A DNA stretch of 64,000 nt. It comes from Podarcis muralis. Lineage: Eukaryota. The notes beneath the pieces are model-generated. The model did no database searches and had not been told where the DNA came from. It saw only the letters and a list, made by a program, of their open reading frames with translations. Within the stretch, counting starts at the first letter, position 1. Each line of letters opens with the position of its first letter. The DNA lies in contig NC_135661.1 in assembly GCF_964188315.1 (NCBI RefSeq), positions 32,488,001 to 32,552,000 on the forward strand, given 5' to 3'. The position numbers and the translations under genes were made by a program. Shown here in pieces: positions 12,058-27,100 of the stretch.

Positions 12058-12861
12058 GTGAATGCCTCATTTTTAATTGTTATTTGAAGCAACAGGATAG
12101 GAGAGAATATTAACAGGTGCTGGGGGAAATTTATTATGGCAAAGATGTTCTGTGCTTCAAAAAAAGCCAGGCACTGCCAGGTACCTTGGAATATGTAAAA
12201 GGGATGCATGGCTAACTGATGCTTAGTTAGCTTAGTTATCCAAATGAAATGTGTTTATGGATTTCATACTTCCTAAAATGTTGCTGTCAGAAAATCATAT
12301 ATATTAATGTGATTTTATTAATGAATAGTTGTATTGGCTTTGTTCTTTTTAACCTGCATTTTACTGGGTTAGCCCAAAGCTATGTAGGAATTGTTCCCAA
12401 GACAGTATCTTGTTAAATTAATATAATATAAAGGAATATATAAAACTAGGATACTTTGCCTGACTTTTAAGTTTAGTGAACCTTTCTACAGCTTCATTAG
12501 AAGAACAGGCTTTGGACCTTCCCTTCATAGGCATGATGGCGGTGAGATCAGAGGTATTTGCTTCCATTTTTAATTAAACACAGTTTAGTAACCCTAAACT
12601 GTGGTACATCTTAACTGTGGTCTGTTGAAATAAACCAGCTTCCTAAAGCAAGGTCTGAAGTTGGCTTTTTTCAATAAACCATAGGTAAGATCAACCACAA
12701 TTCTTCTGAGTTTGGATGTAATATGTGCTGCAGTTAATAAAAAAATGGAAGCTAAAACTTATGATCTTTTCAGAAGAGGAAGGAAGCATCACTGTGGCCT
12801 GTTCCTGTAACCGTATTTTATCATTGTATCTGAATAAATCCTCATGTATTATTATTATTAA

Positions 12862-12907
<46 letters not shown>

Positions 12908-15900
12908 TTTTAATATTACCTATTACAGTCCATACGAAGTCCTGCCATTTATATAAGTGCCTTATTGTTCACTTTTTCAGTTATGGTACTTAAATGGTAT
13001 TAATTTATAAGAAAGCATTACAAGGGGATTCTGGAAGGGCTGATAGCCAATATGTGAAATTTGTTCTTGTCACTGGTTGATCGTATGACATGGGAAGTTA
13101 ATTTGTTACTCACCACAGTATAGAATAGCCATAACCTTGACGGCATCAAAAGCTAGAGTGTGTGTATGTATTTGTGTAAGTGTGGTGACAACTTTATATT
13201 TGCAGGAACTCCAAGGAATACCTTGCCATTGCCTCAGATCATTGAAGAAGCCTGTCAGGAAGCTGAGATTTACAAGGCTGCAGGAGTTGTAAGAGCTATC
13301 TCTTCCTTTCTATTTTGTTTATTGAAACTTCCTAGTTAATGTTTTACATGGTTGAATGTTGTGCAAAATTCTGGATCGAAATAAAAAGTGGTGATGGTGC
13401 ATTTGAAATTCAAACAAAAATTAATGTTTTGTAAGTAGTCTGAAATAGCAATCCATCAACTTAACTGGAGTGCACATTTTAAAATATATATTTAGGTTCA
13501 AATTTCATTCTTTTGATGCTTATTTATTTATTTTGAGTACTTATAATGCACTCTTCAATATTTCCCAGAGTGGGGAACGATGACACTAGACAATAATGAA
13601 AACATACAGAAAAAATGTAGCATTGTACAAAAATTACACAGCACTCTGTTTTCAAGTTGGTTACAGTCTGCCAATCCCCTTTTCTCATGGTATCAAGGAG
13701 CTTAAGATAAAGCAGGTACAAAAGGAGGGCCCATATTTCAGTGGCAGAGCTCTGCTTTTGCATATATGATGCTCCAAGTTCGTTTAGTTAAAGAATCTTG
13801 AGCAATGGGAGGAAAATTCCTCTGTCTGGGACCTTGGAGATCTACTTTTGGTCAAGAGCCAACAAAGTGAGCTCCATGGACCAATGGTCAGGCACTCTCT
13901 ACAGCACTGCATGTGTTTATTAAATACATATCACATATGTTCAAGCCGTTGTCTTTTTACCATTCTGGTGCTCACTTCCTGGCTGTTTTAGTTAAGGTTT
14001 TTGAAGAGCAGCATAGCCTAACTTATTAAAAGGCAATACAGCAAATGCAGCTTGCACTTGTCTGTACTGTTGCCCACCCACAACATCACTGTGATACATC
14101 TGTCGATGGAAAGCAGTCTTTTGCTGTGTGTATTTAGAAGGCAAGACCTGAAAGGCCACTTTGAGCCAGAGGCAACAACAGTCAGGTACCAATGAATTTC
14201 CATTGGTCCTCAGGTGTTGCAGTAATTTCCATAGGTCAGCAGATTTTTAACGGGGTGCATGTCCTTTGAAAAGGTCAGGGTATGCTTTACACATTCCATT
14301 GCACCCTGTATTCCTGTGCTGCTTCACACTTTTCCATCAACCTGCCTGCAGTGAATATATAAATTCCTGGCATGGTGGTGATGTGATGCCCTGGTAACCA
14401 GCCTTCAAGCAGAACTTAAATGAACCATAGTTTTGGTTCTGGTGTTATTTCTCGACTGATTTCTTTTTTTTAATTAGAAAAGATTGGGGTTTGTGTTTTT
14501 TTACAGTAAGCATTCTGTATGGCTTCATAAAGTCGCACCTCTTTACAGCCAGAGTCAAGTGAGGGGGTCTAAATTTAGTCTGTCAAAAGACAAAAGGACC
14601 GAAGGCCAAAAAAAATGGAAGAAAGTTCAAGGGGTGTATTGATAAGAGTTGATAAAGATATGTAACAGGAAAGATTTTTGGGACAGGTGGGTGACAGAAA
14701 TGGCGTATAAGGAAGGATGGGGGAAATGCAGGATAAGTCAAAGATGGGAATGCAGTAGATTCACATGTGGCCTTGAAGTACAGGTGGACAAAGGGTTATA
14801 TGCTTAGATAATGCAGTTCTGGCTTACATATAGAGTGGCTTACTTTGAGTACTGTGCACAGTGCTGGTGGAAAAACCTCAGAAACACTATTGTTAGAGCA
14901 GGAGCGGATTCAGAAGAGGGTGACCCAGTTGATCATGATGCTGAACAACCTCCCTATTTGGGGGCCTTTTTAGTTTAGAAAAAGAGGCGAGTAAGAGTGT
15001 GACATGAGAGAGGTGTATAAAATTATGCATGATACGGGGGAAGGAATCCTAGAGAAGTTTTTCTCCCTTCCTCTTGGTACTACAGGCTGAGGTCATCCAG
15101 TGAAGCTGAATATTGGAAGTCTCAGAACAGACAAAGGGAGTTACTTCTTCACATGGTGCATAGTTTAAAAATGGATTCCCCCTGCCCCAATCCAAGATGT
15201 TTTAATGGCCAACAACTTGGATGACTTAATTTTTCTCAATAACCTGGGTGCACCTATTTCTTGCACCTTGAGATGTGAATCCAATTAGGTCTGCAAAACG
15301 TCTGCCTTCCGTAAGGTGGTCATTATAAGTTGTAGATTTGGGGAGCATCAACACCACAGTCTCCTTGCCTTGCTCTCTTGTTTCGTTTAACAGCCTTTGT
15401 GATGAAAAGTTCTGGAGATTTCAAAAACTACAATTTTTGACTTACTGTGCATTTTGGATTTCACCAAACCATTATAGATTCTAGCATTTTAACGCTCATG
15501 CATTACCACTGATTTGAGGGGATCTATGCTAATGTGATTGTACTATCCATTGCTGCCTTTCTTGTAGCTATAACTCTTCCCTAGCCCCTTAAAATTTTTT
15601 TTTGCTGAAACAGTGGAGTAGAATAGAGAGGATTACAAGTACATCTTCCTGTCTCAAAGTGGTATGCAGACATGACTGATGAAAGCAGATCCGCAGGGTT
15701 TTTTTCTATATAGAAGGTGGCTTGTTTGATGCATTAGTGCTTTTTTTAAAAGAACATAATAAATATGGAAGATTTATAATGTTGGAGCATATTAATGAAA
15801 ACAAGTGAATGCTCAGACATGATGCCATCTGTGCTGAAAAATTGTAGCTGCGATATGCTTGTTTTGCCAAACACAATCAAAATTGCCATGACAAGATTAT

Positions 15901-17689
15901 ATGCAGTGACAGATTCCAAGGAGTTTAGAACCCTCTCAATTTTGCCATGTTCGGCTTTCATTTTTACAGAGGACGGGAAATATACCAACATTATTGCTTT
16001 TACTAGATCACTGAACTTCTTGCCTCATGCGTGGCCTTTTGTAAAACGTCAGTGTCACTGGAGAGGCTGCACCCTCTAGATTTTGATGATGCCTTTTCTC
16101 CTACGTATCTTCCATTCTCTTCTAAATTTTTCAAACAAAAATTATGAATGGTACAGAGAGAAGTAAACCTCCCCCCTCCCATACTAGAATTCTGGCTACT
16201 GAACATGCTCAGTACTTATCTGGCTGTTTTCAGGGAAGTGTGATTCTCTTAGGGCCGGGTTCTATTAAGTAGTTGCACTAATGGAAGCCAGAACAAGTCT
16301 TGCTAGTGCAATATCACCTCCCTCCTGCCATGCTCCTCAATTGATTCTGGAGGTCTGGAAAACCAACAGAACACACAAGGGGAGGAGAGATCTTTCCATG
16401 GGGCAAGCTGAAATGTGGAAAGATCAGAAGAGTGTGGTATTGACTTCCTTTAAAAAAAAAAAAAAAACTTTTGCAAACCTTTGCACACTTATTCCATGTC
16501 TATTTATGTAGGGAAATGAAAATAGTTTTCCTGGACATTAGAGTACAAGTCCTTGCTCAGCCATGAAGCTCAGGATGGGTGACCTTGGGCGCATCATAGC
16601 CTCTCAGTCTAACCTAATTCACAGGAGCTGCATATACGCTACACATTTAAGGTGCATGGCGATCCACAAAGAATCCTGAGATCTGCAGGACCCCCTCAGA
16701 GCTACAATTCCTGCATTGCAGGGGGTGGACTGGATGACCCTCGTGGTCCCTTCTAACTCTACAATTCTTTGATTCCAAAGAATCCTATTTAGTGAGCTCC
16801 CAGATGTGATAGTTTGCTGATGTGGTTTCTTGCCACACTGTGTGTAGGGTGTGTGTGTGGGGGGGGGGTGTGTGGGTGTGTGCTTGCGCAGGCATTCAAC
16901 TTGAAAGCTTTGCCATTTTTGCTAAGAGTGGAAGCATTCAGCTTAAAAGTTTTTATTGTTTTTGCTGGGCTTTGCACTAATACAGTATAAACAAAGCACA
17001 TTGATGAAATCAATAGCAGAATATAGTCACTTGAGGGAAGTAAAAATGAAATTATGTACACCAAGTAAAAATATGAGCCATCTTCAGATTCCACAAGAAA
17101 GGGCTTCAAGAACTCTTTTTTTTTTTAACTTGTATATGTGCTGCCGAAGTGAGCAAGTCATTACTTTGTGCTGTGAAATGTATTTAATCGCCTGTTTTCT
17201 TTCTGCTTCTTTAGTAAATTCCGTGATATAATAGAGAGGTGTTGTGTCATAACATAACACATCCATGCTAATTTAGTAAAAACACAAAAAAGTAGAAAGT
17301 GAGAGGGGTAGGTACATACTTTTTATGTCTGTAAAAATATAAGGACATATGAATAGGTAGCTATGTAAATTCTGGAAAATGTGGTAATTGTTCTTTAAAT
17401 TAACATATCCTGCAGTTGGAATTAATCACCAATTTGATAGCAGAATTGAGTTGTGAGTGGTGGTATGTGCTAAAATATTGAAAACAAACAAATATCTGAG
17501 AAAAGAAAAATAGGTAGGCTTGATTGCTGTGGGTGAATTTTGTTTTCATTTTTTATTAGCGCCCAATCCACCCACAAGTGAAGAAAATACTAGAGCAATA
17601 AAATGTAAAACCATATTGATTTTTCTGATGGGTCTAGAGTTAGTATACACAACTGGCTGTACTCGAAGGAATCGTGTTCGAGTCTTTTG

Positions 17690-17721
<32 letters not shown>

Positions 17722-20700
17722 ATACCAGAATTTTTTATATTTTCACCTAAGTGCTGTCAGAAGACCTTAAAGTCATTTAAAAAATAATAATGGTCTGCTG
17801 TATAGAATTTGAGCTGTACTCAAAGGGTGGAGCTACGCACTCCAAAACACAGAGGATGCAGTGCTTCGTTTACAGAATGCAGCAAAAGGCAAAACTTCTC
17901 CATCTAGCAATTTTGAATCCAAAATCTGGTTCCTTGCGTTAGTTACCACTTTGTCGAGGTGGAGCAACAGTGGGCAGTTCAGTGGACAGTGTTGAACATG
18001 GATTTGGAATGAAACGTGTGCTCAGCCACGGATTGCTTGAATGGGAAACAAGGGACGGTACCCAAAAGGAAAGAGGGGAGGCAAAACTGCAATTAGTATT
18101 ATTATTAATAATAATTATTTATACCCTGCCCATCTGGCTGGACTTCCCCAGCCACTCTGGGCAGCTTCCAACAAAGTACTAAAATACAGTAATGTATCCA
18201 ACATTAAAAGCATCCCTAAACAGGGCTGCCTTCAGATGTCTTCTAAAAGTCTGGTAGTCGTCGTTCTCTTTGACATCTGGTGGGAGGGTGTTCCACTACC
18301 GAGAAGGCCCTCTGCCTGGTTCCCTGTAACTTGGCTTCTTGCAGTGAGGGAACCACCAGAAGGCCCTCGGCTTCATAATTTAAATATGGTCCAAGTGGGC
18401 AGCTTCAGCTTGCCCCTGTAAAAAAACTAGGAACCCCTTCTGCAGCATGTTCTTGACACAATCGTAGTGAATTTGTGGTAGGTTTCTTCTGCGTTATTGG
18501 TTCTTCTGCGATGCTTCCACAATGCTACCAAGTTTTTGCTGTTTGGAGGGGCGACAGCACAACAAAAGTGGAACAATGTCCCCACTCCACCCCACCCCGT
18601 ATTATTTGAATTTTGAATTTGTGGTATGAAAAGTTAACGGGGAGTTGATCAGGAAGTTACAGGATAGGTACTGGTTGGAAGTGAAGCAGTAAGACTGCCT
18701 CAAAGATTTCAACTGCACCACCCTGGTAACATCATGAACTTGGGGTGGATCGCATGGTATTTCCACCCCTAACCCTATTAATCCTCACAAGAGGCCTGTG
18801 AGTTTGGTTTGGCTGAGAAAATAGTGACTTGCTTCTTTTCTTAATCTCTCAGTAGAAAAACAGGTCAAAAAACAGAACCACCAGCTCTTCTCAACAAGCA
18901 TCTCCTCTACTGTCTTCATTTAATTCCTTTTAGTTATCAGATCCCTCGATTATTGCAGTTGAGCCAAGGCCCCCTGTTCTCTTGGGGAAATTAAGGCTTG
19001 ACTTGGTGAAAATGAAAGTTACAATTTAATGGCTTTTGCACTTCAGATTCATTTGAAAGGGATATACTGTAATTGAGTACAACGTTAATTTTTTATGATT
19101 GTTTTACAAAAATCATGCTGTTGGGTCAGCATTTAGCAAGCGGGGGTTTGTACAAGTGGAGTCATTCTCACTGAAAATTATCTTCTGCTGAAGTATTTGA
19201 AGGTGTGCAGGCTTTTTTTACACCTTAGCTTGTTTGCGGCTATTATCTGCAGGGGACCCTAAAACTCTTTAATGAGCTTGGCTACATATACCGTACTAGG
19301 AATTTTTATTGGCATTGTTAAAGTAGTATTCCTTCTTACTCCTGCATGAATTACTGGGGGGTGGGGCATAGGAGGAGTCCCAGCTACCTTACCTCTTGTG
19401 ATGGCTCCCAGTGTGGAGCCAGTGTGGTGTAGTGGTTAAGAGCGGTAGACTCGTAATCTGGTGAACTGGGTTCGCGTCTCCTCTCCTCCACATGCAGCTC
19501 TGGGTGACCTTGGGCTAGTCACACTTCTTTGAAGTCTCTCAGCCCCACTCACCTCACAAAGCGTTTGTTGTGGGAGAGGAAGGGAAAGGAAAATGTGAGC
19601 CACTTTGAGACTCCTTAGGGTAGTGATAAAGCGGGATATCAAATCCAAACTCCTCTTCTTCTTCTTAGCTAATTTTTTTTTTTAGGAGGATATGACAAAG
19701 ATGGGATTTGGCTCAAGCAAAGTATATGGCTTGCAGATTTAATAAAAGCTCACAAGTCTTTTCTCCTGTAACTTAAGCACTTTTCTGGCAGTGAAAACTG
19801 AGAAGTCTTAGAATACTGTATAAGGCTCCAGATTCTGCGCTAGGAAGGCAGATTCTGCGCTGTTGTGCATGACTGCAATGCAAATTCCTTGAGTGTTATC
19901 TACCAGTCTATCCACTGTGTGCAGATCCCTCTGTTTATTTCTGAGCAGCTCTTCTGATTTTTAATAGCTCTGTATTAATTCCAACAGGATGGCTTGATTG
20001 TAGAAAATATGCATGATCGGCCGTACACAGTTGGTGTGGGTTCAGAAATCACTGCAGCCATGGCAGTCATTTGTGCCACTGTGAAACAGACGTGCCCCCA
20101 TCTCCCAGTGGGTGTTCAGATCCTAAGTGCTGCAAACCAAGATGCTATAGCAGTCGGTCTTGCTGCTGGTAAGTGAACTGACTTGGGATTGCTTTTTGTT
20201 TTGGCATTCTGAGACCTAAACACAGGCCGCTTACCAGATTTTATGTACGGTATATTATCATTTCTAATTGCATTTATATCCCACCTTTTTTCCCAACAAA
20301 CTGAAGGTGGTGTACGTCTTTTCTGCCCTCTCCTCATTTAATCCCCCAGCAGCAGTGAGGTAGGCCAGGCTGAGTCACATTGACTAGCCCAGGGTCACCC
20401 AGTGAGCTTCAAAGCTGAGTGGGGATTTGAACCCTGGTCTCCTGGGTCCTAGCCCGACACCTTGACCACTACACCACACAGGCTCTCACGTGCTTGCTCC
20501 AGCTCACCACACTTCTCTGCAAAGCCACCATGACTATTTTATTCCCCCAGCAGCGTGGTATTTCCACAGTCAGGAGATGGGGGGAGTTGACATTAGTATA
20601 CCTGCGGAGTGAAGGAATAGGTGGACCTCAAGCTGATGGCAAAGGGTACTAGTAGTAGCGCTTCATTTTATACAGGATGCCTAAAATGGCATTCCTAACC

Positions 20701-21060
20701 CATTTACCTGGAAGTATGCCCCACTGAATTCAGTAGTACGTCTGAGCCTTCCTCTGTATAAAAGGATTTCATGTGCCTTCCTATAGCACATCCAAGTATT
20801 CTTACCCTTTGCCCACGAGGAAGACCAATGGTTGAACACACTGGATATTCTTCATAAAATAAATCACTTGAGGCGTACCTCTTTTTAGTAGTGTACCTTC
20901 TCCCATTCTCAACTGGTATAAGCTTACCTACCAACTTTTTCAAATCCAAGAGAGTGAGGTTTAGGGTGTACACCCCTCAAGTATGTGTGTCCTATTCACA
21001 AGCCCTAAGCAGGCATAATGTTCTCATTTCCCCAAACCTCCTTCCTTCTCACACATGAAT

Positions 21061-21133
<73 letters not shown>

Positions 21134-24100
21134 TTTCAGAGCTAACAAAGGTATGGCATTATGCATGCACCAGTGCTGGTGCTAAGCTTGGTTAGCTTTG
21201 GCCAGGGTGTGCAAATTGGCTTCTACCCTCTTTGTAAACTGCAGCTAACCATGGTTAGGCGACAGTATGAAACTGTGTTGTTCAGGTGGATATTTTCTGT
21301 GCTGGTAGAGTAAAGCACATTATAAGTTCTTGTTCGCCATCACCGTATTAACACCTGCTTTATGCCTCTTCCTGATAAATATCCATTGATGGCTTCCTTC
21401 CATTTAGTTCTATAAAATGGTATAAGGGATTAATTTAAATCATTATCATTGCTCATCAAATTCCAGTTACACCTCAGGATATCACGGTAATCTGCTGTAA
21501 TGAACTATTATACCTCTGTTGAATTAATGAAATTCACTTAAGAATAAATTAAATTAACCTGAATTTAAGGAGAATAACTGTAGGCCAATGGCTAGTGCCC
21601 ATCCTAGGTTTTGGATTCAAATTTTAGCTCATCTATGCAACCATTAGGTGTTCTTATAGCTCACCTTTGGTCACCTTCCTCTGAAATGGGAACAGTAGCG
21701 GCTGCCTCCAGTATTAGAAACCGAGAGATGAAAGCTAGGAGCTAAATGGCACCTTAAACCTAGGTTGTGGGCGCAGCAATGGAATGTCTAGGCATGCTTT
21801 TTTATAACAAGAATACAAACCTGAAAATGAATGAACTTCAGCTAAAATATTATGTTCATTTTCCACATGGTCTAGTCCTTCCCCTGCCCATCCCCCTAAT
21901 ATTCTTAAGAGGGTCTCTTATCCGGTCTTCAGAGAGTAGCTGGAAGAGGCAGAAAAAGGTCCTCCTTTCCTTCCACTCTGCAGTTTTGATCTGAAATCTT
22001 AGGTGCAAAACTGCGCCCAGAGCTCAGGAACTGCTAGCGCTAATGAAATTCCCTGTCGCACAACGCACCTAGAACAATGGGAGTTTCAAATGCTGGCCAC
22101 CTCCATTCACAGGCTTGTTGTGGAGATGATGGAAACCTGCACAGTTACACACTTAGCAAATGTTGTGCTTGTGTACAGTAAGAATCATTGTGGGCTTTGA
22201 GGAAACTTGGTTTATGAGTAAGTTTCAGACAAAAGCACAGAAATTATATTTAAGCAAAAAGTCAATTTTGTTTATGGCATGAGCATTAATAATACAAATT
22301 GCTCTAATGCAGCCTTGTTTTTGCCTGCTGGAATGCTCATATAAAAGTTTTAGCATTTCATTTATGATATGTCTGATTCAAGAATGATAGGTGATTAATG
22401 GTAAAAACATACATTACTTTTACACAATCCCTTTAATGTATCTTGATGCAAACTGTGACAGATGAATAGTCTATTATATCTAACATCTGTTTCCTAGATT
22501 GGCACTACTTTTACATATTGCATTTTATTTTCAAAAAAGTGATAATGCCATTTTTTTTCTAGTTCACTGTTGCAGATGAATGCTTTAGTTTACTTAAACT
22601 ACTAGGATCCTCAGTCAATATGCAGAATTGATTAGACAGCAGATACATCTTCATATTCAGGTGCACTCAATAATTTTAACTATTTCTTCTCCTCTCTCTT
22701 TCACATTCTTTCTATGATTTTAGAAAAGGCTACTTGGAACAATTTTGCCCCTTTTCTGCTTAGGCATAACACTCTAATCTTCATTTATATTGAATTAAAT
22801 TGGCCGCTGAATTACCATATCTTTTCAACTTCATTCAGAACAGTTTCCTAGAACTTAGAATTATATACAGATTTCTAGCAATTCACATCACCCTTGGATC
22901 CTGACTCTATGCATATTTAGCTAGAAGTAAATACAACTGAACCCAAGGGACTTACCTCTGAGTAAGCGTGGATAGGCTCTGGCAGCTGTTAGGCATGCAT
23001 AAGCTGACAAACATAATTATCAGTTCTCTTCACACAGCTTACCACAAACTCAATTTAGCACAGTCACTAAGGCCCATTGCAAATGCTGTTCCCTGAAAGC
23101 CATGGTTTGCTAATCAGGGGCCAGCTTTGGGGCCATACACTTCGATTCTGGCAAAAAGACTTATCCCCTTTCCTTATTTTCATTATATCTGCATTGATGT
23201 TAACCATGGATAATACTTTAAAAGGCACCCTTCTTAACCAGGGTTTGTAAGCAACTAAGGCTTACAAGTCAGCTGGTTCATGTTGACTGGCTAGCATCGG
23301 TTGTGGATTGTGGCGATCACACAGGGACCTTTGACGGCCTATTGACCCTGTGCCACCACTGTGATTGCTTTCTTCGCTGCCACTACCCCGCTTCTCATGG
23401 GGACACACGGAGTCCAGACAGTTGTTAACATTAACAAATAATCTAGTTTATTTTTAAATGCAGGAACAAGCGTATGGTTTCAGTTTATTTTTCTCTTGTC
23501 AGTTTCTTAATCTTAGTTCCTAACAACTCCAAACTGATTATTCCAACTATCTATCTGACTCAACCTAACAATTCCTCTCACTCTCTCACAATACAGCTCG
23601 ACCAACCCACTGCCTATTCCTCCCTCTTCCTTCTCCAACTCCCAAACCTCAACTCCCAAACCTCAACTGACTTTCAAAACCTCCCACTCTGTAACTTTTA
23701 CTCCCCCCTTGCATTCTCACTGGCCAATCACATCACACTCGTTTTAACCCTTTCCTTATGACCCACCTAGGAGGCAAACGTCACATGGATGTAACACGAA
23801 ACCATGGTTAAAGATGACAAGGAAGAAAGAGTGGAATTTGCGTTGAAGTTGAGGGGAGCGTGCATTCTGAGGCCTGGCTTCTTCTCCGCAGGAGCCCAAC
23901 GCTATATTTGCAAGCAAACCTAGGCAGGGACTGAGGCCGTGACAAATATACAGAAATCAGTCAGTAACGCTGGTTTGGATGATTTACCCAAATAGTGGGA
24001 TAATGCACATCTGTGAGTTACGGCCTTTCCTGCCAACCCACAGGAGACGTACCCACTGTGGTGTCACCTGTGGTGGCATGTCCCCTGTGGGTTGGCAGGA

Positions 24101-27100
24101 AGAGCCACAGCTCAATGCTTTGCATGTAGAAGGTCCTGGGTTCTGTTGCCAGCGCCTCCAAACAGGGCTTGGGAAGGAGAAGTCCTGGAGAGCCACTGCC
24201 AGTCAGTTTTGACAATTCTAACGATCCAGTGGTCAGACTCAGTGTAAGCAGCTTCATATGTTTCTCCTTCTGCCTTTAGACTGAAATGCAGTGAATAAAC
24301 ACTTTGTTTATTCTAAACCACTGAGCCTCTTGGGTTTGCCAGTCGGAAGGTTGGCGGTTCAAATCCCCACGACGGGGTGAGCTTCCGTTGCTCTGTCCCA
24401 GCTCCTGCCAACCTAGCAGTACGAAAACATGCCAATGCAAGTAGATAAATAGGTACCACTGTGGCAGGAAGGTAAACGGCGTTTCTGTGTGCTCTGGTTT
24501 CCGTCACGGTGTCCCATTGCACCAGAAGTGGTTTAGTTATGCTGGCCACATGACCTGGAAAGCTGTCTATGGACAAATGCCGGCTCCCTTGGCCTGAAAG
24601 CGAGATGAGCACTGCAACCCCATAGTCGCCTTTGACTGGACTTCACCATCCAGGGGTCCTTTACTTCTCAGGGTGGCATCTCAAATGGTACTTCAGTCAT
24701 CTTTGCCCAAGGCTTTTATATTTTTTAAGACAACAGTTTTTTTTGTAAGTAGATCTTTACTGAACTGTAATTTGTTCGTATATGCAAAACTGCCAAGGCT
24801 GTTTTAAGTGGAGAGCAAAGCTCATCTTCATTGCTGAACTGAAGGTTCAATGTAAAACCAGTAGTGTAGTTTGATGCTTTTGTTTGGTACGAAACAGACT
24901 CCCAGTGCCTTTCCATAGTTGCATCTAGTCTTCATGTGCTTTTATTTTTTTTTATTTTAAAAATTATTCATATGCAGCCCTCTTAAAAAGGTCAGAGCTA
25001 TGTAAAAACACCATGAACATTTAAAAGCAATACAGAGTATTTCTAGATTACACACACATTCTGTTTCTCAACTATTGGATTCTTCTAGGGCTGTTGATGG
25101 TGATCCTAGACATACAAATACATTGTACCCCTGCTCCTAATAAAATAAAATAAAATAAAATAAAATCTGTGCAAAAGCTGATCTGAAGGAGGTTGATGGA
25201 AGAAAAATAAGGGTGTAAGGATGCTGTGAAGAAATAAGAATGGATACTTCACACAAAATTAACATCTAAGAGCCAGCATCCACTTTGAGGGATCAATGTT
25301 TATTTTACTCATTTATACAGTTACTTAAAGGCTGCCTTTTGGGACTTTGGCCACTCAAGGCAGTTTTCATAGTGTAGAAACACAACACACACACACACAC
25401 ACACACACACCCCAAAACAAAACAACAGCAGCATTAGCAATCATTTTTTAAAAGGCCAATTAAATAAAACAATACAAAAATCCTGCAATCATGAAGCTAT
25501 CTGTCATCATACAGATCTCCAAGAACAAAAGCCCCAAATATATGGGGTTTTTTTTAGTTTTAATGGCCTCAGGTTTGCAGTGGTGGGCCAAATGCACCCC
25601 TAGGGGGAGCAAGTCCCACAGTTTGGGGGCCGGCACAGAAAAGACCCTGACTCTTACTTATCCTCACCTACTGACTCTACAAAGTTAATCTTACATCTCT
25701 GCTAAAGAGTTCAGCATTATTGTCTGGGGTTTTTTTATTTGAGGCATTGCTTTATGGCAGAACATCTTTCTTTTTTTTAACATCCAAAAGCAATTTATGT
25801 CATTGTCTTGGCAAAAGCTGCATGCCATCTTGATTATTCCTTTCTGAGGGAGAATGGCAAGAGTTCTCCCATGTCTGAAACAGCTCACCAAGCTTTGTTC
25901 ACAACTGCTTCATTATTAACAGGTGTACCATGTGTTCTTCAGTAGTGCCTAATTTCCTGTGCGTAGATCCTGATTTAATTAACTACATCTGTTTGAGGCT
26001 GCACAGAATGATGCATATTATTGGGTCTCTGGAACATTTATGGCGGCAATAAAGATACAGGCGCTGCCTACACTGCAGCTATCATTTTCCCATCCTCTTG
26101 ATAACATTTGGGAACACTCAGTCCACAAGTCTGGGTTAGATTGACCCCACCTGAGACCTCATTGTATTTTTTAGTATCTGATGTAATAATTAGCATTCAT
26201 TACATGAAAGTTAAACCCTGGCCCTTTGCTTTCTGTGCCCTCCTAGCTTGCCTGCTACAATTCTGCACACCTGACTGGAGCGTGGTGCTAATAAAGGTAA
26301 AGGTAAAGGTACCCCTGCCCGTACGGGCCAGTCTTGCCAGACTCTGGGGTTGTGCGCCCATCTCACTCAAGAGGCCGGGGGCCAGCGCTGTCCGAAGACA
26401 CTTCCGGGTTACGTGGCCAGCGTGACATCGCTGCTCTGGTGAGCCAGAGCCGCACACGGAAACGCCGTTTACTTTCCCACTAGAAAGCGGTCCCTATTTA
26501 TCTACTTGCACCCGGGAGTGCTTTCGAACTGCTAGGTTGGCAGGCGCTGGGACCGAGCAACGGGAGCACACCCCGCCGCGGGTATTCGAACCGGCGACCT
26601 TTCGATCGGCAAGCCCTAGGCACTGAGGCTTTTACCCACAGCGCCACCCGCGTCCCTTCGTGGTGCTAATAATACCCCCCCAAATCACGGATTTGATCCC
26701 CATAAGCCAAGATTTCTATTTTTTTAGTGGTATTGTAAGAGTTCTGTCTATATATTGCAGTGGAGTGCAGAAATACTGGTATATATGGGCTGAAAGAATT
26801 CAGGAAGCCTAAGGCAAGCAAGCAGTTTGAAAGCACGTCAAAGTGCAAGTAGATAAATAGGTACCACTCCGGCGGGAAGGTAAACGGCATTTCCGTGCGC
26901 TGCTCTGGTTTGCCAGAAGCGGCTTTGTCATGCCAGCCACATGGCCCAGAAGCTGTATGCCGGCTCCCTCGGCCAATAAAGCGAGATGAGTGCTGCAACC
27001 CCAGAGTCGGCCACAACTGGACCTAACGGTCAAGGGTACCTTTACCTTTAAGGCAAGCAAAGCCATTTTCATTTACAAGCTTACATGTGGCCATCACAGA

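Noticed and set aside
19415-19490. tRNA-like A/B boxes here and at 63398 and 24098
   Set aside because: These are SINE heads; no complete cloverleaf, and they continue into SINE bodies.
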